The position numbers and the translations under genes are program-made. From Candidatus Micrarchaeota archaeon (GTDB lineage Archaea > Micrarchaeota > Micrarchaeia > Micrarchaeales > CABMGC01): a stretch of DNA of 64,000 nucleotides. Positions 53,896-62,306 of the stretch are shown in pieces. Where the stretch lies: contig JAGWHC010000001.1 of assembly GCA_028867025.1 (NCBI GenBank), positions 187,695 through 251,694 of the forward strand, in the 5' to 3' direction. The first letter of the stretch is position 1; the number at the start of each line of letters is the position of its first letter. The notes under the pieces are model-generated. The model was given only the letters and a program-made list of their open reading frames with translations, was not told where the DNA came from and did no database searches.

Positions 53896-54306
53896 CTACT
53901 TAGGCGCGCCCTCTTCGAGCTTCGCCCTTGTGAGCGGAAGCGGCGCTATCATGCCGATTGACCAGGCAAGAAGCGTGCCCCTTGACGCGCACTCGAAGTT
54001 GAGTATGTTGATCAGATCCTCGGCGAACTTGACAGGCAGTGTCTTCTTGCTCTTCCACAGCTCGCTGATCTGCGTTACCGTCTCCTTCTCCTCCTTAGCG
54101 TTTATCGTGCCCTTTATCTTGAGGTCCCCGACCTCCTTGTCCCCTTTTGCTCCGCCCTGGTACGCTGTTGTGAACGTGTATGCGACTTCCACGTTCTCCC
54201 CAGTGACCTTGACGTTGTCAAAGTTTATGTTGAACTTCATGTTCGTTATCGGGTCTGCTACTGGTCTGTGCGCTTCCACGTCGTTTATTCCGATTCCTGT
54301 TATCAT
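53896..54306 (-). CDS. hypothetical protein (136 aa), possible SecB-like fold
   Basis: ORF track; strand/helix order and the INILNFECASRGT...IAPLPL block recall SecB ([11 protein letters not shown]...[13 protein letters not shown]); low certainty. Confidence 0.5.
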   Translation of the reverse strand: MITGIGINDVEAHRPVADPITNMKFNINFDNVKVTGENVEVAYTFTTAYQGGAKGDKEVGDLKIKGTINAKEEKETVTQISELWKSKKTLPVKFAEDLINILNFECASRGTLLAWSIGMIAPLPLTRAKLEEGAPK

Positions 54307-54476
54307 TTAATCAATCCAGATGAGTATTGTTCTGGTAAGTATTTATAGATATCGCGAATGCCCGTTTTGACGGCAAAATGAGCCTGGAAAACTTAATCTG
54401 CTAACAAAATCTTAGATGCGCTGGGCGACAAAAGCCTTTATTAAATCGTTTCAACTAATGTTAAGATAGACACAAT

Positions 54477-54896
54477 ATGCCGAACAGAACCATATTGAAC
54501 AAATATGGTTTATTTGTCTCGCAAATTCACAAGGTACTTAAGAAAAAGGGTGCGGACGGGGACGACCTTCGAGTAATAAACATGGCGAAGCTAGTGGCTA
54601 CGCTGTCCTCCAACCACTCCTGGCGTATTTTCAGGTACCTGCACGACAGGGACGTCTTTGACAAGGACGCAATACGCGTGGAAATAATCGCCGCATGCAG
54701 AGAAGGCTGGAAGGAGATAAACGAGAATGACATAAAGGAGGTAATCACCACCCCGATAGACGAGCATTCGTTCTCTCTCGTCCTGAGCTGCTGGCCGGAA
54801 AGGGACGAACGCAGGGAGTTCAAGGAGCTGTTTGAGGAACTTGAGGAGGAGTTCATAGACGGCATCGAGCCGCTTGAGACGCAGGAGACCGCATAA
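54477..54896 (+). CDS. hypothetical protein (139 aa), acidic C-terminus
   Basis: ORF track; TATA cctttattaaat about 30 nt upstream. Confidence 0.5.
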   Translation: MPNRTILNKYGLFVSQIHKVLKKKGADGDDLRVINMAKLVATLSSNHSWRIFRYLHDRDVFDKDAIRVEIIAACREGWKEINENDIKEVITTPIDEHSFSLVLSCWPERDERREFKELFEELEEEFIDGIEPLETQETA

Positions 54897-54941
54897 AGGC
54901 TTGCTTGCCCTATTTATATTTGTTGAAAACCAGATGCTAGT

Positions 54942-55016
54942 GGGCATGTGGCGCAACTTGGATAGCGCACCTGGCTTCGGACCAGGGGGTTGCGGGTCCA
55001 AATCCCGTCATGCCCG
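54942..55016 (+). tRNA. tRNA-Arg (anticodon TCG)
   Basis: Acceptor GGGCATG/CATGCCC, D-arm GCGC..GCGC, anticodon arm CCTGG-CTTCGGA-CCAGG, T-arm GCGGG-TCCAAAT-CCCGT; TATA tttatatt centred about 26 nt upstream. Confidence 0.85.
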
Positions 55017-55037
55017 CTTTTCGATTTAGACCTATGG

Positions 55038-55652
55038 TTAACTGTCCACTTCGTCGAACTTCTCTATTGCTGTTTTTATCTGCGCTTCCTCCTCCCTTGC
55101 CTTAGACCTTCGCAGAACAGGATGAAGTATTGCTTTGAGTTTGTAATTGCGCAGGTGTTTGTTAGCTGCTTCTCCTGCCATGCCGAGTTCTATTTCCTGC
55201 GCCGCGATAATAGCGAGCCTTTTGTCCTCTTCGCTGAGGCCTTCGCTTTTATCTATCTTCTCCACGGCCATTTCCAGGTTGCGCATTGTTGCGCCAGTGG
55301 TTCCGAACGCCACTACCTCCATGGGATTCATCGGGCCGCTGTAGCCATATGACTCAAGCAGCCAGTCTCCCCTGCGGAGCAGTTTGTCCATGCCCTCCGA
55401 GGTTAGCCTGTCCCTCAAAAGCGAGAACGCATCGTACTGATGCTGGAGTATTATTGTTTCGGCCTCCTCGGCCCATGCTCTCTTCCCGCGTCTTGTCCAG
55501 ATGAGCCCGGTTTCGACGAATATGTTTTCCAGCTTGCCCAGCCTTTCGTTTGTTTTCTTTTGTATGGTCTCCCAAGATGAAAGCACTTCCAGTTTTGGAG
55601 ACAGCGCCTTCGTCACTACCGCCGATCTCTTTTCCGTATCCTCTCCGGCCAT
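55038..55652 (-). CDS. hypothetical protein (204 aa)
   Basis: ORF track; no motif recognised. Confidence 0.55.
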   Translation of the reverse strand: MAGEDTEKRSAVVTKALSPKLEVLSSWETIQKKTNERLGKLENIFVETGLIWTRRGKRAWAEEAETIILQHQYDAFSLLRDRLTSEGMDKLLRRGDWLLESYGYSGPMNPMEVVAFGTTGATMRNLEMAVEKIDKSEGLSEEDKRLAIIAAQEIELGMAGEAANKHLRNYKLKAILHPVLRRSKAREEEAQIKTAIEKFDEVDS

Positions 55653-55788
55653 CCCAGCACAGTGTATAGTCAGTTTTCCCCATATTTATGCTTTGTTCTG
55701 GGCTACGTCTGACTTCAAGCTTTGCCTAGACGCAGGATTTCCGAAGGCTTAAATTCTTTGAGAGCAGAGAAGCTACCACGGTGCTCTG

Positions 55789-56871
55789 TTGGTAAGGCTG
55801 ATCGAATATAGGCAGCTCACGAGCATACTTGCGATGTTCCTCATAGTGCAGCTCGTTGGACTTATCATTGCCTTCTATCTCGTCTCCCCCTCTGAGGTGT
55901 ACATAGGCCAGGCTACGAGCGGCGGATCCGTGGGCGTCATATTCTACTTCATCTACCTCATAATCGCGGCGGTTATACTGTTCTTCCTTTTCAAAAAATG
56001 GAAAGGACCGAGGCTGTTCCAGGGCATCGAGGCCATCGTCGTCGTCTCCGCCTCGTTCTACCTGTTCATCATCGTGCTCTCCGCGATTTTCCCGAATGGC
56101 TCAAACTATGTTCTTCTCGCCTCGTTTGCGGCCTCGGTGCTCCTGATAGCGGCGAAGAACAGGTGGCCGTCGCTGCGCAACTTCACAGCTGTTGTCGCCA
56201 GCGTGGGCGTCGGGCTCGTGCTGGGCATCTATTTCGGGTTCTTCGCTGCATTCGTGTTCATGGCGCTTATCGCAGCGTACGACTATGTGGCTGTTTTTGT
56301 CACGAAGCACATGATAACGCTGGGAAGGGAGTCGGTGAACAGGAACCTGGCGTTCATGGTAGGCACGTATGATGTTGAAATGGTCCCGCGCGGATACGTA
56401 AAAGGGAAAGAAGCGCAAAGGCTGCGCGGCGAGTTCAAGGAGGTAAACAGCAAGAAGTTCAGGCAGCTCATGAGGTCAGGCGGAGTTCCCATGCCCTCGT
56501 TCTCGGCTCTGGGCGCTGGCGACCTTGCGATACCGCTGATGGTCGCGGTCAGTGCATACACGACCTATTTCAGCTACTTCCTCAGCGCGTCACTTGTCGT
56601 CTTCTCGTGCTTCGGGCTCGTGTTCGCGATGTACGTGTCGAAGCACTATATGATGGCGCTGCCCGCCATACCTCCCTTGTTCGCTTTTGTCAGCATCGGT
56701 TTCGGAGCAAACGTGCTGCTCTCCACTCCGAGCAATTGGCACTTTTACGGCCTGCTTTTCGCAGAGGGCGTGGTGGTGCTCGCGCTGATGGTCGTAACTG
56801 CGATAAACCAAAACAGGAAGCACTCCGGATCCAGGATCTTCACGCGAAGGTCTATTTCTTCTCGATCCTGA
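55789..56871 (+). CDS. presenilin/signal-peptide-peptidase family intramembrane aspartyl protease (A22)
   Basis: YD motif (AAYDYVAVF), GxGD motif (LGAGDLAIP), PAL-like ALPAIPP; 8-9 TM; start uncertain (TTG 55789 or ATG 55834). Confidence 0.8.
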   Translation: MVRLIEYRQLTSILAMFLIVQLVGLIIAFYLVSPSEVYIGQATSGGSVGVIFYFIYLIIAAVILFFLFKKWKGPRLFQGIEAIVVVSASFYLFIIVLSAIFPNGSNYVLLASFAASVLLIAAKNRWPSLRNFTAVVASVGVGLVLGIYFGFFAAFVFMALIAAYDYVAVFVTKHMITLGRESVNRNLAFMVGTYDVEMVPRGYVKGKEAQRLRGEFKEVNSKKFRQLMRSGGVPMPSFSALGAGDLAIPLMVAVSAYTTYFSYFLSASLVVFSCFGLVFAMYVSKHYMMALPAIPPLFAFVSIGFGANVLLSTPSNWHFYGLLFAEGVVVLALMVVTAINQNRKHSGSRIFTRRSISSRS

Positions 56872-57541
56872 CCCTGAACCTTTCCCTTACCACAGTCTGG
56901 CCGCGGCCCTTGCACACCCTGCAGTTCTTGTCGAATATCTTCCCGCGCCCGCCGCACCTGCTGCACGTTCCCTGCATGAAGAAGAAAGCGCCGAGTCCCT
57001 GCGACCCGCCCCTGCGAACCGTTCCGGTGCCGTTGCATTCGGGGCATATGGTCACCTTGGAGCCCGGCTCCGCGCCGCTGCCCCTGCAGTTGTCGCATGC
57101 CTTGTAGCGCTGTATCTCTATCTCGCGGTCTATCCCCTTCTCCATGTCTGATATTGGAACGTTGAGGTTGAGCTGCTCCTCGTACTGCTGCCTCTGCCCT
57201 CCCCTCCCTGATGCTCCGAATATGTCCTCGAAGTCGCCCGCGCTGTCGAAGTTCATTCCCATCTGCTTGAAGAGGCTTTCGAAATCGAAGTTGCGCATTA
57301 TGTCCTCTGGGTTGTACCACTGGTTGAACTGCGTTGAGCCGAGCATGTCGTACTGCTGCCTCTTCTGAGGGTCGCTCAGCACCGCATACGCCTCGTTGAT
57401 TGCCTTGAACTTCTCCTCAGCGTCCTTGCTCTTGTTTCTGTCAGGGTGGAACTGCAGCGCGAGGTTCCTGTATGCGCGCTTTATGTCTTCGGAACTGGCG
57501 CTTCGGGGAACCCCGAGCACTTCGTAGTAGTCTTTCGCCAC
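56852..57541 (-). CDS. dnaJ: DnaJ, short form (J domain, G/F region, zinc finger, no complete C-terminal domains)
   Basis: YYEVLGV...HPDRN; four CxxCxGxG repeats ([32 protein letters not shown]); only 229 aa. Confidence 0.85.
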   Translation of the reverse strand: MAKDYYEVLGVPRSASSEDIKRAYRNLALQFHPDRNKSKDAEEKFKAINEAYAVLSDPQKRQQYDMLGSTQFNQWYNPEDIMRNFDFESLFKQMGMNFDSAGDFEDIFGASGRGGQRQQYEEQLNLNVPISDMEKGIDREIEIQRYKACDNCRGSGAEPGSKVTICPECNGTGTVRRGGSQGLGAFFFMQGTCSRCGGRGKIFDKNCRVCKGRGQTVVRERFRVRIEKK

Positions 57542-57544
57542 TTA

Positions 57545-59377
57545 TTAGCCTCTGAAGTTGGCATCGGCAGATCCCTCGTCGCTGCCGGAGTTTCCGCCGC
57601 TCGGCCCCTGCTCGGGTCCCTGCTGGCCCTGGCCCTGCCCGTAGACGCTGGCTCCTATGTCCTGCAGCGCGTTTTTGAGCGAATCGAGCCTCTCTTTTAT
57701 CTTCTGATACTCATCCTTGTCAAGCGACTCCTGCAGCTCCGCCCTCGCTTTATCTGCCTTCTCGTACATCTCCTTGGATATCTTCTCCTTGTTCTCCTTG
57801 AGCAGCTTTCCCGCCGAGTATACGAGCGTTTCCGCATCGTTCTTGGTCTGCGTCTTCTCCAGCTCCTCCTTGTCCTGGGTTGCGTAGTCCTCGGCCTCCT
57901 TGACCTTCTGGTCTATGTCCTCCCTTGCCATCTTGTTAGGCGCGACGACCTGCATTCCCTGCTCCTTTCCTGTCTTCTTGTCCTTGGCATTGACGTGCAG
58001 TATGCCGTTCGCATCGATGTCAAAGGTGACATCTATCTGCGGAAGGCCCCTGGGTGCGGGAAGCACGCCTGTAAGCGTGAACTTGCCCAGGCTGACGTTG
58101 TCCCTAGCCATCGGTCGCTCTCCCTGAAGTATGTTTATGTCTACCGCTGTCTGGTTGTCTTCAGCGGTGGAGAAAGTCTGCGCCTTCCTTATCGGCACAG
58201 TGGTGTTCCTTGGGATAAGCACTGTTGACACTCCGCCGAGCGTCTCTATGCCGAGCGAGAGCGGTGTGACGTCAAGAAGCACTATGTCCTTCACCTCTCC
58301 GGTGAGCACCCCTGCCTGCACGGCCGCGCCGAAAGCAACGGCTTCCATCGGGTCGACGCCGCGCTCTATCTTCTTGCCGTAGAGCTGCTCCACGTATCTC
58401 TGCACTATGGGCATGCGCGTCGGTCCGCCCACAAGTATCACCTTGTCTATGTTGCTCGGTTCAAGCTTTGCGTCCCTGAGCGCCTGCTGCATCGGCCCCC
58501 TTGTTCTCTCGACGATAGGCATCACCAGCTCTTCGAGCTTCGCCCTTGTGAGAGAGTAGCTGAAGTTGACAGGCTTGCTGCCAACGCTTCCGAGGAACGG
58601 CAGGTTTATCTCGCTGCTGAGAGTCGTAGAAAGCTCTATCTTCGCCCTTTCAGCGGCCTCTCTAACCCTCTGGAGCGCCTGGGCGTCCTTGCTGATGTCG
58701 AGATTGCTCTTCTTCTTTATCTCCGCCTTCAGGAAATCGACAAGCGTGTTGTCCATGTCTGTTCCGCCGAGTTGCGTATCTCCGTTCGTTGACTTGACCT
58801 CGAATACGCCGTTGCCGAACTCCATGATCGTTACGTCAAGAGTGCCGCCTCCGAAGTCGTAGACCATTATCTTCTGCTCCTTGCCTGTCTTGTCGAGGCC
58901 GTATGCGAGCGCTGCTGCAGTGGGCTCGTTCACCAGCCTCGTGACCTTGAGCCCCGCGATCTCTCCCGCATCCTTAGTCGCCTGGCGCTGGTTGTCGTTG
59001 AAGTATGCGGGAACTGTTATCACCGCCTCTGTGACCTCCTCGCCGAGAAATGCCTCGGCATCGTGCTTTATCTTCTGGAGCAGTATCGCCGAAAGCTCCT
59101 GGGGCGTGTACTCCTTGCCCAGTATCTTGTACTTGAAGCTTGTTCCCATCTTTCTCTTGAACGCGGCCGCTGTTCCCTCCGTGTTTGCGACAGCCTGCCT
59201 TCTAGCTGGCTCTCCGACTATGCGCTGGCCGTCCTTTGTGAAAGCCACGTAGCTGGGAAATGATTTCCCGTAAAGCGAAGTGCCTTCAGCACTCGGTATG
59301 AGGACCGGTCTCCCTCCCTGCAGCACGGCTGCAGCTGAATTCGAAGTTCCCAGATCTATTCCTATTATCTTTGCCAT
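57545..59377 (-). CDS. dnaK: chaperone DnaK (Hsp70)
   Basis: [34 protein letters not shown]; 610 aa. Confidence 0.97.
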   Translation of the reverse strand: MAKIIGIDLGTSNSAAAVLQGGRPVLIPSAEGTSLYGKSFPSYVAFTKDGQRIVGEPARRQAVANTEGTAAAFKRKMGTSFKYKILGKEYTPQELSAILLQKIKHDAEAFLGEEVTEAVITVPAYFNDNQRQATKDAGEIAGLKVTRLVNEPTAAALAYGLDKTGKEQKIMVYDFGGGTLDVTIMEFGNGVFEVKSTNGDTQLGGTDMDNTLVDFLKAEIKKKSNLDISKDAQALQRVREAAERAKIELSTTLSSEINLPFLGSVGSKPVNFSYSLTRAKLEELVMPIVERTRGPMQQALRDAKLEPSNIDKVILVGGPTRMPIVQRYVEQLYGKKIERGVDPMEAVAFGAAVQAGVLTGEVKDIVLLDVTPLSLGIETLGGVSTVLIPRNTTVPIRKAQTFSTAEDNQTAVDINILQGERPMARDNVSLGKFTLTGVLPAPRGLPQIDVTFDIDANGILHVNAKDKKTGKEQGMQVVAPNKMAREDIDQKVKEAEDYATQDKEELEKTQTKNDAETLVYSAGKLLKENKEKISKEMYEKADKARAELQESLDKDEYQKIKERLDSLKNALQDIGASVYGQGQGQQGPEQGPSGGNSGSDEGSADANFRG

Positions 59378-59379
59378 AT

Positions 59380-59910
59380 TTATTCACCTTCTTGTTCGAT
59401 TTCCTTTGAAGCGTTTCCCTTTGACACTATGACGGAGCTTGGCCTGAGAAGCATGTCGTTGAAAGTATAGCCCTTCCTGACAACCTCTATGATTGTGCCC
59501 TCCGGCTCCTTGCTCTCCTTTGTCATAATTATCTCGTGCCTGTACGGATCATACCTGCCCCTTGAATCGATTTCCTTCAGCCCCGCGGACTTCAGCGAAC
59601 TGAGTATGTTCGAGTAGACTAATTCGACGCCTTTGACGTGATCGTTATCCTGCATCACCTTTGGAATTGCGGACAGCGCCAGCTCGAACTCGTCCAAGGC
59701 CGGTAGCAGCAACTTTGCAAGTTCGGCCTTGCCTATGCCCTTCGCGGCGTCGGTCTCCTTCGCTGACCTCTTCTTGTAGTTGTCGAACTCCGCGGCGAGC
59801 CTGAGCAACCTGTCCTTGGTTTCGGCCAGTTCGTCGACCTGCTCACTGCTTTGCTGCTTTGTTTCCTTTTTCCCGTTTTTCTGTTGTGATTTGTCCTCTT
59901 CCTGTGCCAT
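59380..59910 (-). CDS. grpE: nucleotide exchange factor GrpE
   Basis: [14 protein letters not shown]...[10 protein letters not shown]...[18 protein letters not shown]; ATG 59910 (alternative start 59919). Confidence 0.85.
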   Translation of the reverse strand: MAQEEDKSQQKNGKKETKQQSSEQVDELAETKDRLLRLAAEFDNYKKRSAKETDAAKGIGKAELAKLLLPALDEFELALSAIPKVMQDNDHVKGVELVYSNILSSLKSAGLKEIDSRGRYDPYRHEIIMTKESKEPEGTIIEVVRKGYTFNDMLLRPSSVIVSKGNASKEIEQEGE

Positions 59911-60313
59911 AAATCTCACGTTCGAACAGTTCGTCGAGCTTGCTCGCGAACTGCATCATGCGGTTGAACTCTGTTATCATCTCAGCCTGTATCTCCTGTA
60001 TCGTGCTCTCGAAGTCGCTTGCGCGAAGGTAGTACTCCCTGCCTTTCCTGACCACTAGTCCTGAGTCTATGAACTTGTTCAGATTGTAGATTACGGTGCT
60101 GAGCGGCAGTTTGAGCCCCCTGCTCAGTTCCTTGCTCGTGGTACCGACTCCCTTGAGGCTGTTGTTCACTATTGTGCTGAACATCTTGCGCTCCGGCGTG
60201 TCTCCCTTGCCTGATAGGTCGAACGATTCGAAGAACCAGTTAGTGAGAGACTGGGCATTCTCGTCACTTGGCCTGCTAACAGTCTTGATTACTATCTTCT
60301 CTGACTTGGGCAT
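59843..60313 (-). CDS. winged-helix transcription regulator in the hrcA position of the dnaK operon
   Basis: GTTSKELSRGLKLPLSTVIYNLNKFIDSGLVVRKGREYYLR is HTH plus wing; TATA ttttatatta upstream; 3' end overlaps grpE by about 70 nt. Confidence 0.6.
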   Translation of the reverse strand: MPKSEKIVIKTVSRPSDENAQSLTNWFFESFDLSGKGDTPERKMFSTIVNNSLKGVGTTSKELSRGLKLPLSTVIYNLNKFIDSGLVVRKGREYYLRASDFESTIQEIQAEMITEFNRMMQFASKLDELFEREIYGTGRGQITTEKREKGNKAAKQ

Positions 60314-60375
60314 GTTCTAACATATAACTGTTCTAATATAAAAATATTTGCTTTTTTCCAAGAAAAAGTTGAAAA

Positions 60376-60819
60376 TTAGTGCGGCTGCTTATACCTGATC
60401 ACGCTGGCCACCATGCTGACAATCTTCTGGGCGTTGTCAAGGTTGGCGTCGTTCTTTGGATAGACGCTCACCCTTACCGGTTGGAACTGCGCGGCGCCGA
60501 TCGAATCAAGATTAACCACCGGAGGCACTATGAACACCTCGTTTTCGAGCACGGCATATGTCTCGGACAGGCCGGGTATCTTTATCCTGTGCGCTTTTCT
60601 AATGTCTTCGCAGGAATTCTCGTTGACAAAGGTGAGGGAAGATGAAGGGTTCCTTGCTATGATGTCAAGCAGCGGCAGTTCCTCTGCTTCTATCGCCGCG
60701 TCGCTGCGTTTCGTGCCGAAAAGGGCGCGCGCGATGCGGTGCGGATTGTGGTTGTTCCTGAGTTCGCGCTCAAGCGCGTTCGCACGCTGCTCTAAAGCGA
60801 TCTGCTTTGATTCCCCCAT
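60376..60819 (-). CDS. hypothetical protein (147 aa)
   Basis: ORF track; minus-strand TATA ttttatattgg about 35 nt upstream. Confidence 0.5.
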   Translation of the reverse strand: MGESKQIALEQRANALERELRNNHNPHRIARALFGTKRSDAAIEAEELPLLDIIARNPSSSLTFVNENSCEDIRKAHRIKIPGLSETYAVLENEVFIVPPVVNLDSIGAAQFQPVRVSVYPKNDANLDNAQKIVSMVASVIRYKQPH

Positions 60820-60889
60820 GCTCTCGTGAAATAGGTTGTTTTTGGCCCAATATAAAACTTGCCTCAGAAAACGTCGGGCGACGAGATTG

Positions 60890-60961
60890 TGGACTCTGCG
60901 GGATTCGAACCCGCAACCCCCTGCATGCCATGCAGGTGCGCTACCGTTGCGCTAAGAGCCC
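60890..60961 (-). tRNA. tRNA-Ala (anticodon GGC)
   Basis: Acceptor GGGCTCT/AGAGTCC with the G3-U70 identity pair; anticodon arm CCTGC-ATGGCAT-GCAGG; T-arm GCGGG-TTCGAAT-CCCGC; followed by a hairpin and a T-run. Confidence 0.9.
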
Positions 60962-61006
60962 AACGGTAAAACTAAACGATTTAGGTTTAAATGCTCTTCC
61001 CCACGC

Positions 61007-61234
61007 CTATACGGGAGAAACGAAAAGTATGTTGCCTCCGCGCAGCAATATAGTGCCTAGCTTCGTCTTGGAGCCGCCGTCGTCGCCAAGCTCCTCCGCT
61101 TCTGCGAGCACCATGTTCATGTGCGCATCAAATGAAGAGACCTTGCCCCTCACGCTGTCCCCGTTCTTCAGCCTGATCAGCACCTGCTGCCCTATCGACT
61201 TGTTCAGCAAATCAAACGGCCTTTCGCCTTGCAT
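61007..61234 (-). CDS. Sm-like (LSm) archaeal protein
   Basis: Sm1 VLIRLKNGDSVRGKVSSFDAHMNMVL and Sm2 ILLRGGNILFVSP. Confidence 0.85.
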   Translation of the reverse strand: MQGERPFDLLNKSIGQQVLIRLKNGDSVRGKVSSFDAHMNMVLAEAEELGDDGGSKTKLGTILLRGGNILFVSPV

Positions 61235-61271
61235 AAAATCAAGTAGAATAGAAATGGCAGATATTTAATGC

Positions 61272-62306
61272 TTATTTCTTCTTCGACTCCTTGCTCTTTA
61301 TCACGAGCTTCACAGATCCTGTGCCGAGAGGTATCTGCTTGCCCACGAGTATGTTCTCAGTAACTCCGCGCATGTGGTCCACTTCCCCGAACGCGGCTGC
61401 GTTGATCAGGTGCTTTACGGTCTCCTCGAAAGCTGCCCTGGCGAAGACCGATTCCTTCTTGCCCACCAGCCCGTGCCTGCCTATACTCTGCAGGGTGCCG
61501 CCCGAGGTCATCGCGTCAGCGATAAGCGATATGTGCCTGTCGTTCACCGATATGTCCTGGTCCTCAAGCGTCTTCCTGAGCTCCAGGGCCAGGGTGTTCC
61601 TCGCAGCCTCTATGCCGAAGACTCGGTACATCGAGAACAGGTCGTTGGTGTATATCTTCTCCGGATCGACGCCCTCGACCTGCATTACCGGCTCTATGTT
61701 GCTGCCCGCGCTCTCTATATAGAAGTCGCCGTTCTTGTCCTGCACGACCATCGCCCTCCCCGCACCCTCTATTCCGTTCACTATTGCCTTGGTTATCTTC
61801 ACTGTTATGGCACGAACCTCCTTGAGGTTCTTGGTGTGCGTACTTACAATTATGTTCCCGTGCTCTCCCACCTTCGCCTCGACTCCCAGCTCCTTGCCGA
61901 GCCTTGCAGCTATCGGCCTCGCGGTCAGGTCAGCCGCCTGCAGCGACTGTGTGTTGAGCACAACAAGTATCTTGCCCTTCGAGAAGTTCTCGACAATGTG
62001 GCGCATCACGCTGCTCATCTTTATCTCGCTTATCTTCTTGGCCGCCTCGTCGGCCTTTGCGAAGCTCTTCGCGTAGCTCTCCTTCAGGCGTATGCGCATC
62101 AGCGGAGACGAAGGCATCTTCTTCGCATCGAGCAATTCTATTATCCTCGGTAGTCCTGATGTTGCTATTGCTGTGGCTGCGACTCCAGTCATGTGGAAGG
62201 TCCTGAGCACCATCTGCGTGCCTGGCTCTCCGAGCGACTGCGCAGCTACGACTCCCACGGGTTCCCCGGCCTGCACATTGTACTCGTGATCCTTTGCCAT
62301 GCTCAT
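61272..62306 (-). CDS. rpoA2: DNA-directed RNA polymerase subunit A''
   Basis: VGVVAAQSLGEPGTQMVLRTFH and GLVGKKESVFARAAFE; ATGA overlap with the A' stop. Confidence 0.93.
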   Translation of the reverse strand: MSMAKDHEYNVQAGEPVGVVAAQSLGEPGTQMVLRTFHMTGVAATAIATSGLPRIIELLDAKKMPSSPLMRIRLKESYAKSFAKADEAAKKISEIKMSSVMRHIVENFSKGKILVVLNTQSLQAADLTARPIAARLGKELGVEAKVGEHGNIIVSTHTKNLKEVRAITVKITKAIVNGIEGAGRAMVVQDKNGDFYIESAGSNIEPVMQVEGVDPEKIYTNDLFSMYRVFGIEAARNTLALELRKTLEDQDISVNDRHISLIADAMTSGGTLQSIGRHGLVGKKESVFARAAFEETVKHLINAAAFGEVDHMRGVTENILVGKQIPLGTGSVKLVIKSKESKKK

